Origin: a virus
Virus record (IMG/VR): IMGVR_UViG_3300042434_002493
Location: 16,436 to 80,435 of that record
DNA length: 64,000 nt
Reading direction: 5' to 3' (one strand)
Shown: one piece after another, positions 37,129 through 47,400 of the stretch
How the letters are laid out: the number at the start of each line of letters is the position of its first letter
Position numbering within the stretch: the stretch's first letter is position 1
Notes under the pieces: generated by a model
The model's database searches: none
What the model was told of the DNA's origin: nothing
What the model saw: only the letters and a program-made list of their open reading frames with translations
Made by a program: the position numbers and the translations under genes

Positions 37129-38997
37129 ATGGAGCAGGCCAACGTCACCCTCAACCTCCAGACGCAGGACTCCCACCTGCGGCTCGCGAGACTGGCCCTC
37201 GACTCCGCCACCGTGCGGCAGAGCTGGGCCGCCCTCCCCGCCGACGTTCGACAGGCCCACAACGAGCTTTTCCGCCTGACCCAGGAGCAGACGCGACTCG
37301 GGCACCTGCGCAGCCAGGAGCGCCAGAGCGTCGAGATGCACTTGGGGTACGTCAACCAGCACCGCGACCGGGTCCGCAGCCAGGCCGAGGAACTGCGGCA
37401 GACGATGGAGTCGCACGACAGGTTCGGCGACTTCCGCAAGAGCGTCAGCGCCGGCACCATCGACAAGGACGTCCGCTCCGACCCTGCGCTGGCGCACCTT
37501 CAGGCCCTCGACAACGAGGCGCGCCACTTCGAGGGGCAGGCCCAGGTCATCGGCCAGACGCAGCAGGTCTTCGGCCGGTACGGGCTGAGTCCCGACTTCA
37601 ACATGGGCAACGCCGCAGGCTACTACGGCCGGCGCGCGATGTTCGGGACCAACCAGGATGGCAGCCCCCGCACGCCCGGCGAGTGGGCCACGAAGGGCGC
37701 TTCGGAGACCTTCGGCCGGATGCGCAACACGGCCCGCCAGGCCGCCGGCATCTTCGCCGCCTTCGAGGGGATCAGCCTCATCACGAACAGCATGCGCGCC
37801 TTCGAGGAGCGCGCCGAGACCGTTCAGCGTCTCGGCACTTCGATGGGCGCGAACTTCGGCGAGGTCGGCACCCGACTGGGCCTCTTGCGCGACGTCTTCC
37901 GGTACTCCCGCGCCGAGATGGTCCCGGCCATGCAGGAGTTGGCGCACCACATGGGCAGTCTGTACGACTCCCCCGCGGTGCTGCACATGGCCCGCGTGAC
38001 CGGCATGGACCCGGCAGCGGTGGCGAGCATCGCCGGCAAGGCCCACCCCTACGGGCACATGGACTACAACCTCGTTCAGCGCATGACCAACTTCGCCGGG
38101 ATGGGTTCTCGCCGGCAGATGGCCGTGCAAATGTGGAGCGCCGCTCAGGGGACGCTGGGGCCGGGCTACTACGAGACGCCCGACGACGCCGCGGCCCGGT
38201 ACGTCGCCCTCACGTCTCGCGCGATGGGGGAGCCCTACCAGAGCGAGCGCGGCGCCGAGTTCGTGCAGCGGTTGATCTCCGGCGTGCGGGCGCCCGGCGG
38301 GCAGATGATGCACGCCCTGAAGATGAACGCGGTGCGGGGCCTGAAGGTGCCCGGCCTCGACATGGACACCAACAGCTACCGGGGCATGCGCGCGGCCCTG
38401 GAGACGGGCGGGCCCGAGGTCCTCGAAGCCCTGTTTCGCATGAGCACGCAGCAGGGCGGCACGGGCGAGATCGGCGCGGAGTTCTTCCAGCAGGCCACCG
38501 GCCTTTCGACCATCGAGAGCGACCGCCTGTTCCAGGACATGCAGAAGGGCGGAGGCCGGATGCCGACCGGCGCAGCGATCCGCCAGGCGCCCGACATGCG
38601 AGACACCTGGAAGCAGGTCACGAACGAGACCTTGAATCCCGCGTGGCGATCCGCCGGGATCAAGACGGGCATGGAGAGCGTGCACGAGGAGGTGGGTCAG
38701 TACGTCGTGCCCATCGCTCAAGATTTCCGGTCGGCGATGGTGGACTTCCTGGGGGGCCTGACCCGGACGGGCGACATCCTTCTGAGCCTGAAGAACGCCA
38801 TGGGCCACCTCACAGGAGATCAAGCGTCGTCGCCCTACACCATGCCCCTGTTCCACGCCATGCAGGCCCTCAACAGCGACAGCCTCATGGGGTTCCTCAC
38901 TCGCGAGATGGCAGCCGGCGGCGCGGCCCACGGTTACGACGCCTGGGAAGGCGCAAAGCGCGCCTGGAAATCGGCGTTCGGAGGATCGAAGCCATGA
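37129..38997 (+). CDS. Tape-measure-like protein 2 (paralogue of the preceding gene, no peptidase domain)
   Basis: Helical, Met/Ala/Gly-rich; collinear similarity blocks with 34564-37119. Confidence 0.7.
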   Translation: MEQANVTLNLQTQDSHLRLARLALDSATVRQSWAALPADVRQAHNELFRLTQEQTRLGHLRSQERQSVEMHLGYVNQHRDRVRSQAEELRQTMESHDRFGDFRKSVSAGTIDKDVRSDPALAHLQALDNEARHFEGQAQVIGQTQQVFGRYGLSPDFNMGNAAGYYGRRAMFGTNQDGSPRTPGEWATKGASETFGRMRNTARQAAGIFAAFEGISLITNSMRAFEERAETVQRLGTSMGANFGEVGTRLGLLRDVFRYSRAEMVPAMQELAHHMGSLYDSPAVLHMARVTGMDPAAVASIAGKAHPYGHMDYNLVQRMTNFAGMGSRRQMAVQMWSAAQGTLGPGYYETPDDAAARYVALTSRAMGEPYQSERGAEFVQRLISGVRAPGGQMMHALKMNAVRGLKVPGLDMDTNSYRGMRAALETGGPEVLEALFRMSTQQGGTGEIGAEFFQQATGLSTIESDRLFQDMQKGGGRMPTGAAIRQAPDMRDTWKQVTNETLNPAWRSAGIKTGMESVHEEVGQYVVPIAQDFRSAMVDFLGGLTRTGDILLSLKNAMGHLTGDQASSPYTMPLFHAMQALNSDSLMGFLTREMAAGGAAHGYDAWEGAKRAWKSAFGGSKP

Positions 38998-40511
38998 GCA
39001 GCTCGCGCGTGCGCACAACCTGGTGCCAGGTGCGCATCATCACCCCGCAGATCGGCGTCGGCCCGTCTGAAGAGTTCACCTTTCGCACTGGCCGCTCCGG
39101 GCCTCTTCGGCAGGTGACGACCAACAGCAACACCGAGTCGTGGTCCGGCTCATTCACGTTGCAGTTCGCGCCCGAGGGCATCGGCAGCGGCGAGGCCATC
39201 GCCGCCCGCGTGCCGCCCTACAGCCTGGTGATCATCGAGGCAGGCAGTTCCGAGGGCGAGGGCGACGACCCGACACTCATGGTGGGCCTCACGAGCCCGG
39301 CCGACTCGTCAGAGACCTACGGGCCGAGCCCGCAGCGCAGCTTGACGATCTCCGGCCGCGGCATCGAGTGTGTGCTCGAAGACGCGAAGGTCTGGCACGC
39401 CCCCTACCTCGAAGGCCAGAGCATCGACGCATTCCTCGACCGCACAGTGCGTCCCGCCTACCTCGACGACCTGACCGGCACGCTCACATGGGCCCGTGGC
39501 TTCTGGGGGGGCGCCATCGACCCGCGCGAGGCCATGCTGCGCATCCTGCTCTACTATCTCGGACACCGCGCGACCGGCGTGGTCTCGCTACTCCTGCCCC
39601 AGGGATACCAGCTTCGGCGACTCCTGGTGCCCGGCACGCTCGATTCGCTCCCCGGAGGCATCGAGGCGTGGGCGCCCGTGCTGGACACCATCGGCGACAT
39701 CGTGCCCGCGGTGCGCGTGCTGGCCACCCTCACGACCGCGCCGCAGATCCCGCCCAACTGGACGATGCTGCGCCCGGACTTCAAGATCCTGACCTCGCAA
39801 TTGTCGCCGCAGCCCGGCGACATCGTGAACATGCTCCGCCAGGTACACGACAACACGTTTCACGAGCTGTTCGTGCGCCACGAGGACGGGGCCGCCCGCA
39901 TCATCCACCGCACCCGCCCGTTCCTGCGACAGACACCCACGGTGGGCGCGTCAGCGTTCGCCCCGGGCGTGACCGACCTCCCCACGGTCCACATCGGCGC
40001 CGACGACCTGCGCGCGATGCAGCTCCGCCACGGCGTCGAGCCGGTATTCAACCTGTTTTATGTGACGCCGGCCGCCGGCACCACGTTCAATTGGGAGAGC
40101 TTCAAGGCCCTCGTGTCACCCTCGTTTTGCGGCCGCTCCGACGAGCCCGCGTTCGTCGGACGCTACGGCGTCCGTCCCTTGGACGTGCAGAGCCCGTACA
40201 TCAGCGCGGACAACGAGAGCGACCCCAACACGACCCCCGAGATCATCGAGATGGCGAAGGACATGGCCGAGACCCTCCGCGCCTGGTACTCGCCGCACCC
40301 GTCGATGAAGCAGGGCCGGATCAGCGTCCGAGGCCGGAGCACGATGCGTCCGGGCGTCCGCGTCGTCCGCGACGCCGTTGGGTCCAGGCCGGCCGAGGAG
40401 TTCTACGCGACCGCCGCCGGCCATACCATCGACCTGCACACGGGCGAGTGGAGCGCCACGCTCCAGATCACTCGCGGGTGGCCGCTCCGCAGCCAGGAGA
40501 TCACGCCATGA
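38994..40511 (+). CDS. Baseplate hub protein (505 aa)
   Basis: ATGA coupling; GSFTL, ISGRG, FHELF, RYGVRPL, GRISVRG..RPG and final TRG motifs typical of hub proteins. Confidence 0.75.
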   Translation: MSSSRVRTTWCQVRIITPQIGVGPSEEFTFRTGRSGPLRQVTTNSNTESWSGSFTLQFAPEGIGSGEAIAARVPPYSLVIIEAGSSEGEGDDPTLMVGLTSPADSSETYGPSPQRSLTISGRGIECVLEDAKVWHAPYLEGQSIDAFLDRTVRPAYLDDLTGTLTWARGFWGGAIDPREAMLRILLYYLGHRATGVVSLLLPQGYQLRRLLVPGTLDSLPGGIEAWAPVLDTIGDIVPAVRVLATLTTAPQIPPNWTMLRPDFKILTSQLSPQPGDIVNMLRQVHDNTFHELFVRHEDGAARIIHRTRPFLRQTPTVGASAFAPGVTDLPTVHIGADDLRAMQLRHGVEPVFNLFYVTPAAGTTFNWESFKALVSPSFCGRSDEPAFVGRYGVRPLDVQSPYISADNESDPNTTPEIIEMAKDMAETLRAWYSPHPSMKQGRISVRGRSTMRPGVRVVRDAVGSRPAEEFYATAAGHTIDLHTGEWSATLQITRGWPLRSQEITP

Positions 40512-41353
40512 TGATGCCCGACCCCGCCCGCTTGATGCTCACCGTGCGCTTGGCGCGCGTGCTGCGCGTGAAGGCCGGCGAAGGCCGTTCGCCTGGACAG
40601 AAAGCGTCCCAGTGGATCGTGGACCTCGAAGACCTCGACTCCGGGGCCATCGTGGTCGGGGCCCTGGTGGTCGGCAGCCGGCGGCCAATCGCTACGTCGA
40701 AGACCCGCGCGAGCATCGGGGTCTACACCGCGCTCGCGGGAAACTCCGCGAAGTGCGTCTTCTGGGCGCTCACCTGGCCGTCGTGCAGCAAGCGCGACAT
40801 CGCGAGTCACGACCTCCTCGACGAGCACGAGACCATCACCTTCCACATCGAGCGCGGGGCCCGGTCGGGGAACACGGCCTACACGATCAAGAAGCCGGAC
40901 CTCGACCGCTCCGACGACAACGAGTTCGAGGCCGGCCAGGTCTACCAGCGCGACTACATGCAGGAGCGATACCTCCAGATCCTCGCCGACAAGGAGGGGC
41001 GCGGCGTCTCGTTCGAGATGCTCGGAGGCAGCCGCCGCATGGCCCGCGCAGGCACGACCGACGAGGGCGGGAAGGGCGACTACGTCCAGATCGACGCCGA
41101 GACCTCGCCCAACTTTGCCGCGTGGATGACGTGGGTCACGAGCGCGATCACCGCGTTGTCGGGCGTCTCCCAGGGTGGTGGCGGTCCCATCCCGCCCGCG
41201 GTCATTCCCCCGTTTCCGACTCTGGGGCCCGATGGCAGCCCGGCGGGCGACCCCGTGCCCGCGGTAGACGGAGCCGAACCAGGGCCGCCGCCGGTCGGCG
41301 CGAGCGTCGTCGGCGCCATCGTCACCGGCTCACCCAGCACGAGAGGGAAGTAA
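40508..41353 (+). CDS. Putative baseplate central spike (gpV-like)
   Basis: ATGA coupling; N-terminal OB-fold-like ARVLRV; C-terminal GAIVTGS; follows the hub gene. Confidence 0.55.
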   Translation: MMMPDPARLMLTVRLARVLRVKAGEGRSPGQKASQWIVDLEDLDSGAIVVGALVVGSRRPIATSKTRASIGVYTALAGNSAKCVFWALTWPSCSKRDIASHDLLDEHETITFHIERGARSGNTAYTIKKPDLDRSDDNEFEAGQVYQRDYMQERYLQILADKEGRGVSFEMLGGSRRMARAGTTDEGGKGDYVQIDAETSPNFAAWMTWVTSAITALSGVSQGGGGPIPPAVIPPFPTLGPDGSPAGDPVPAVDGAEPGPPPVGASVVGAIVTGSPSTRGK

Positions 41354-41357
41354 GGCC

Positions 41358-43259
41358 ATGCCCGGCTACCTCGACCAGGCCGCAGCCATCCTCGGACTGA
41401 CCAAGCCGAAGAAGGTCAACCCCGCCGCGTTCGACCCGTTGGCGCCCAACCGACGCGGCTACCCCCTGCACATGGAGTTCCGCCTGGTACAGCGCCAGCC
41501 GTGGAAGATCGTGCGCGCCCACCAGCTCGAAATGGTCGTCAACAGCTACCAGCGCATCCCCGAGGTGCGCGCGACGATCCACCCCACGGCCGGCGGGTTC
41601 CATGTGGACATGCCCGAGGGTGACGCGCGGGGCCTCGTGCATTACATCATCCAGGGTGTCGCCGGCCTGTGGCCGGGCGGCAGCCGGCCGGGGCACGCAG
41701 AGACCGGGAAGGGCGACGGGCAGGCCCAACTCTACGCCCTGCAAGCCCTCTTCGACGACTACACGCAGGGCACCATCGACGGGCGCCCCCGCAGCGAGTT
41801 TCAGTTGGAGTTTTTGAACTTCGACGAGCCCGTCACCGCCACCGACCGCGTCGGGCACAGCGCCTACATCATCATCCCCGAGCGCAGCCTGGTCGAGACG
41901 ACTCGCAGCTCCGCCCGACCGCAGGTGTGGACGTGGACGCTGCGGATTGCCGGTCTCGCCGAGGCCAAGGGCGAGGCTCACGCGGTCAAGCGCGACAAGG
42001 AGAAGAAGCGCAACTGGCTCGAAAAGGGCCTCGCCTTCCTCGACGCCGTGGATACGTTCACGACGCGGTACAGCTTCGGTGCGATGTTCTCGAAGTACCA
42101 GCGCCTCATGGCGCCGTTCGTCCGCGTCCAGGACAGCATCGGGAGAACCGGCGACTTCGTCGAGGGGTGGGCCTCCGGCGCGAAGACGTTCGTGGACTAC
42201 CACAAGGCCATGTTCGACCGGACGGCGACCGACCTCAGCGGTCTCGTGGCCGTGTTCACCCGCGAGGAGTTCGACGCGAAGGCCGCGGCCGGTGTGCGCG
42301 TGCGACTGGGCCAGACCGGGCCCAACAGTCGATTCCAAGGCGGCATGGCCCGCGGCGTGGACCAGATGCGCCGCAGCGTGGACCGCGTGCGCTTCGGCGC
42401 CCGCGTGCAGATCGGGCAGACGTCGGCCGGACTCCAGTCCCCAGGAGACGAGATCGGTGCCCGCGGGATCGACAGCGCCGCCCGAGGCCCCGCCGGGCCC
42501 CTGGAGGCCGCCGCCCAGTCTACCGCGCTCATGGCCCGCGACAGACTCAACGGAACGCCCCGCGCCGCCCAGGCGGGGCGCGCGCTGGCCACCGTGGCCG
42601 CCGTCGTCCGGCCGGGGGACACCATCGAGCAGTTTGTTCCACCGGGCTTCACCATCTACGACGTGATCCGCGCGAACCCCGGTCTCGTCTGGCCGTTCGT
42701 GGACGGCGGGCGCCTGCGACCGGGCGGAGGCGCCCGCCCGACCGATCCGCGCGTCGAGTGGACCGCCTACGTCGGCGACCAGATCCTCGTGCCGACCACA
42801 GAGGGGCCGCCGCAGACCGTGTCCGGGCAGGACTCGCCCCAAGCCGCGCGCGCCCGGCGCCTCGACACGGCCGACGAACGCATCTTCGGCCGCGACCTCT
42901 ACATCGACTCCGAGACGCGATCCCTTGAGTTCGACCCGGCGGCCGGCGACCTGCGCACCGTCGGGGGGGCCCCCAACCTGGTGCAGCGCCTCGAAACGTT
43001 GTGCCTGATCCCGATGGGCAGCCTCACCTACGCGCCCGACATCGGCAGCCTCATCGGCGCCGAGGGCGCGGGAGCATGGTCGAGCGACATCCGCCGCCGC
43101 GCGCTGGCGCTGGCGACCGAGCGCACACTCCGGCAGGATGCGGGCGTCGAGCGAATCGACAGGGTGACGGTGCATCAGGCCAACGGCCAGACCGTCATCG
43201 ACTTCCAGGTGGTAGCGATCTCCGGTGCGGCTTTGGGCCGTTCCGGCTTGGCGGTGTGA
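41358..43259 (+). CDS. Tube-initiator-like / LysM / gp25-like baseplate fusion protein
   Basis: LysM-like VVRPGDT..DVIRANP..GDQILVP. C-terminal FGRDL..GDL..G..NLVQ..GSLTYAPDIGS..LRQD (gp25/sheath-initiator type). Confidence 0.75.
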   Translation: MPGYLDQAAAILGLTKPKKVNPAAFDPLAPNRRGYPLHMEFRLVQRQPWKIVRAHQLEMVVNSYQRIPEVRATIHPTAGGFHVDMPEGDARGLVHYIIQGVAGLWPGGSRPGHAETGKGDGQAQLYALQALFDDYTQGTIDGRPRSEFQLEFLNFDEPVTATDRVGHSAYIIIPERSLVETTRSSARPQVWTWTLRIAGLAEAKGEAHAVKRDKEKKRNWLEKGLAFLDAVDTFTTRYSFGAMFSKYQRLMAPFVRVQDSIGRTGDFVEGWASGAKTFVDYHKAMFDRTATDLSGLVAVFTREEFDAKAAAGVRVRLGQTGPNSRFQGGMARGVDQMRRSVDRVRFGARVQIGQTSAGLQSPGDEIGARGIDSAARGPAGPLEAAAQSTALMARDRLNGTPRAAQAGRALATVAAVVRPGDTIEQFVPPGFTIYDVIRANPGLVWPFVDGGRLRPGGGARPTDPRVEWTAYVGDQILVPTTEGPPQTVSGQDSPQAARARRLDTADERIFGRDLYIDSETRSLEFDPAAGDLRTVGGAPNLVQRLETLCLIPMGSLTYAPDIGSLIGAEGAGAWSSDIRRRALALATERTLRQDAGVERIDRVTVHQANGQTVIDFQVVAISGAALGRSGLAV

Positions 43260-43260
43260 C

Positions 43261-44436
43261 ATGGCGGACCTCAAAACGCGAACCGACGACGAGATGCGGG
43301 ACGACGCGGTCAACGCAGTCATCGCCCAGACCGACGGCGTGACCGACCTCAACCCCCACGCCGTACTGACGATGCTCGCGGGGGCGATGGCCGGCGAGGT
43401 GGCCGGCGTCCAGGTGGGCGTGATCGAAGCGATGGCCCGCTTCTACGTCACCACCGCGGAGGGCGTCGCCCTCGACCGACGCCTGGCAGACTTCGGCCTC
43501 GTCCGCACGCCGGCCCGTGCTTCTTACGGCCGGGTGACGTTCCGCCGCGCCGACGACGCCAACCTCGACTTCGAGATCGCCATCAGCGCCGGCTTCCGCG
43601 TCTCTGCCCAGACCTACAACGGCGTGCAGGTGATGTACACGGTGCGCGAGGCCGCGGTCATCCCGGCGAACGCCGCTTCGGTGTCCGTCGTTGTGGACGC
43701 GGTGCAGGCCGGACGCGAGGGCAACGCCGGGTCCGGCGCCATCGACACCCTGGTGGACGCCCCCCCGAACGGACTCGGCACGGTCACAAACCTTTCGGCA
43801 TTCACGTCGGGGCGAGACCTCGCCACCGACGAAGAGTTCCGCGCCGCGTTCTGGGCGTTTTGGGATGCCCGCCGCCGCACGACCCCGACGGCCGCCAAGT
43901 ACGGCGCGGCTACCTACTCCGAGACGGGCGCAGACGGCGTCACGCGCGAGCCGGTCGCGTCCGCAGCCATCGTCGAGTACCTCGACGCGGTCGGCCCCGA
44001 CAACGTCGCCATGGACGTGCTCATCATCGGCCACGGCGCCGACGCCGAGAACCCGGGCCTCACCGACCAGCAGGTCGCCAACGTGCAACTCCGCATCGAC
44101 GGCTACACCGACTCCGAGGGCGTCGAACAGGAGGCGTGGCGCCCCGCGGGGTGCAAGGCCCGCGTCATGGTCGCCTCGCGGCAGGCCATGGACATCCGCG
44201 TTCGCCTCGACCCAACCCCCACCGCGCCCGCCACCCTGCGGGCCCGCGTCCGGCAGGCGTTCAGCCTGGCCATCGCCGCACGGCCCATCGGGGCGCCCGG
44301 TGCGATCAAGATCCTGTACGACACCCTCGCCCAGTTCAGCGCGGACCTGGACAACGCCACCATCATCGAGCCCGCGGGCGACGTCGTCGTCGGCCCCACG
44401 GTCAAGCTCGTCCCCGGCGCCATCGAGGTGCTGTAA
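43261..44436 (+). CDS. Baseplate J-like protein (391 aa)
   Basis: TAEGVALDR..FGL.R, GRVTF, AVQAG..GN, VTN..FTSGRD..TDEEFRA, IDGY..WRPAG. Confidence 0.9.
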   Translation: MADLKTRTDDEMRDDAVNAVIAQTDGVTDLNPHAVLTMLAGAMAGEVAGVQVGVIEAMARFYVTTAEGVALDRRLADFGLVRTPARASYGRVTFRRADDANLDFEIAISAGFRVSAQTYNGVQVMYTVREAAVIPANAASVSVVVDAVQAGREGNAGSGAIDTLVDAPPNGLGTVTNLSAFTSGRDLATDEEFRAAFWAFWDARRRTTPTAAKYGAATYSETGADGVTREPVASAAIVEYLDAVGPDNVAMDVLIIGHGADAENPGLTDQQVANVQLRIDGYTDSEGVEQEAWRPAGCKARVMVASRQAMDIRVRLDPTPTAPATLRARVRQAFSLAIAARPIGAPGAIKILYDTLAQFSADLDNATIIEPAGDVVVGPTVKLVPGAIEVL

Positions 44437-47400
44437 TGCCGCGCTGGCGCCGCTACCGACGATCCGACCAGGTCAACGACTTCGCTCGCGACTTGCCCTT
44501 CAACGGCCGGGCCCGCATCCCATACCCGCCCGTCGAGGCAGATGCCGATTTCGTGACCCCCGACGGCGTCGAAGGGTGGCATGGGTATGGCGCGGACGGG
44601 TGGTATCGGGCGGACGGCCGCAAGGTCGAGGCCGAGGTGAGCGAGGAGTTTTTCGACGACAGTTGGCCGTTCAACACGAGCAAGTGGACCATCACGACGC
44701 CGTCGAACTGGTTGACCGCCTACGGGACCGGCCTCGCCGCCACGACGGGCGGACTGAGCGCGAGCACCTGGCAGTCACGCGCGAAGCGGTGGGATCTACG
44801 GGGCGACTTTTTCCTGCGCCTGGTGATCCGCGCCCCCAGCATGCGCAACGGCAGCCTGGACGCGACCGAGGGCGCCGACAACGCCGTCTGGTTGGGCGTG
44901 ACGCCCCGGAGTGACTCCGGCGGGTTCGTCCGGGTGAAGCAGTATTTCGGGAAGGTGGACAAGGGTTTCGCCGTCGAGGTGGATGGCGACGCCTTTTCGG
45001 GCGACACGCAGATCGACGGCGACTTCCCGCCTATCGTCTGGTTGGAGCTTCAGCGCAGCAACGGGCAGATCAGCGCGCGCTACCGGGACGCCACGCCGGG
45101 GCAGCCTCCGGGCGACCCGGTTGCCTTGTTCGGCCCTGTCGCCTTGCCCGGCATCGTCGAGGTGGACTTCGGCGCCCGGAACGCCAGCAGCAGCGGCCCG
45201 TGGGGCTGCATCTTCAACGCCTTTCGCGTGTTCCACGGCTCGCACACTTACAGCCCCGTCGCGAGTTGGCGCCGCGAGACGACGCACGGTTCGGTGCTCG
45301 ACCTGTTCCCCGGCGACCAGCTCGACCCGGACCTCTACACCGTCGAGACCACGGGCACCGCGACAGCGGCGCCGATCCCCGGCGTGGACGCAGCCCCGGG
45401 CGCCGGACTGCGCATGCACTGTGCCGGAGGGACCGCCACCGTCGAGACCCGGCCAATCCACGGCGACATGGCCGCCCAGATCGAGGTGACACTCGCGGCC
45501 GAGACGTTGAGCGCCAACAACAGCGGCGTGGCCATCGGCCTGCACGCTTACGTCCCCATCGCCGACGCGACCCTGCGCGTCGAGGTGCGCACGGGCGACA
45601 CAGGCGTTCTGACCGCCCGCATCGACTACGCCGGAGCCGAGGACCCCGAGGCCGAAGCGGAGATCGACGTCGATGCCGACATCGCGTTGATCCTGCGCAT
45701 CGAGCGCCAGGCGACCCTCACCTTCTGCGCCATCTACGGCCGCAACGGCCGAGAGATCGTCAGCGCGCGCGTGACCGACCTGCCCACCCTGCCCACCCAC
45801 CTGCGTTTCCACCAGGCGCAGCAGAGCGCGTCCGACCCAGTCACAGCTCACGTCCGCCGCTTCCACGTCACGAGCCCGTGGGCCCTGCGCATGGAGGCGT
45901 GGCCGGCGACGACCTACGCGACCGCAGCCAACGCCCACCCCTACGAACTGTCCGTGCTCACCCAGGCGAGCGACGTCACGCTCATCGACCCCGAGACGCG
46001 GGCGACCGCGTGGGCGATCTACGCCTGCAACGAAGCCGGCGAGGCCATCGAAGACGCCGAGCGCCCCGCGATGCAGCCGGGGCAGATCGGCCGGCCTTAC
46101 TTCGACCCCCGAGAGGTCGCGCTCTGGTTGCCCGTCACCGAGCCAGGCAGCACGACGACGGGCGCGTTCGTCGAAGTGAACCTGCGCGAGGACCTCATCC
46201 GCAGCCACACGCACGACGGCGTCGAAGAGTTCGTCGGCCGCGTGGGCCGCCGCCATTGGGGACTCGGGTACACCGCCGGCACGACCACGGTGCCACGGCC
46301 GCCGGAGGGCGCGCCCGTCACCTTCCATCGGCTCACTACCGCACGCGGCGACCTCTTGCTCTGGGCGACGAAGACCGGCGGAGTCTCCGCGTGGCAGTAC
46401 CTCGCCGGAGACTGGCGCGAAGCCGGCGTCGCCGTGGACGCCACCGACGACGACCCCGACCTCACCTTGCCCTTCGAGGTGGGCGACGTCCGCGTCTACT
46501 CCGAGAGCCCGAACGCTGGGATCGTGGTCTCCGCGCTCGCGTTCGGCGTCGAGCGGGTGATCTGCGTCTACCGCGACCTCGAAATGCTGATCGACGGGGG
46601 GCTGGTTCTCGCGCCCGCCAACCGCCACGCCCACGCCAGCTACGGGGGCGCGGACCCTGACGCCCGGTGGGCGTCACGCGAGGCCGCAGGCCGCTCGGGG
46701 CCCGCGCCGCACGCCCGCCTGAACGGAGACGCCGCAGACGGCGGGGCCCCGCTCCTGGACGTCATCGTGCCGCCCGCGCATGCTCTCCCCGATGGCGACG
46801 GCCTACCGCTCATCGCAACCGTCCGCCCGCTCGCCGTGACCCTGATCCAGGACTCCGAGGTTCCCGCCGACGCGCCGGTCGCGAGTTGGGGCACCCCGGA
46901 CGCGCCCGAGCCCGTGGCCCATGCCCTTGTCCGTGCGCCCACGAGCGCGGCCCTCTCCCCGCGCGCCGACATCGAGACCCGCGCCGGTTACCTGGCCGTC
47001 GGCGAGCGTCTCTCCGAAGGGTTCGGTTACCTGACCACGATCTCGCTCGCCCAGGGGAACGTCCGGCAGCGCCTCACGCCGGCAGGCATCGACCCGAGCA
47101 TGGCCTCGACCGGCTCCGCGGTGTCCGGCCTGGTCTCGCTCGGAGCCCCACCCGACACGCTCGCGGGGTGGCGCATCGCCGCGGGGTTCTCCCGGTTCAT
47201 CCAGACGAGGCCCGGAAGCGGCATCGGGATCGGCGGCGGGGTCGTCATCGTGCTCAAGCCCACGCTGGTGCTCGAATACGACGTCTACGCCGTGAACGCG
47301 CCCGACGGCGAGACGTACCCGCCCAGCGGGCCCCACATCGGCGGGGACCGGGTCGGGCTGGTCGGATACGACTGGACGGGCGAGGAGCGCGTCTACACGC

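Noticed and set aside
36876-38993. N-terminal 706 aa of the 1211-aa ORF in the track, and similar extensions of ORFs 39140, 43860, 47570, 28846 and 30177
   Set aside because: Arg/Pro-rich off-frame read-through overlapping real genes. The true starts are the coupled ATG/GTG codons at 38994, 40508, 44436, 48236, 29389 and 30408.
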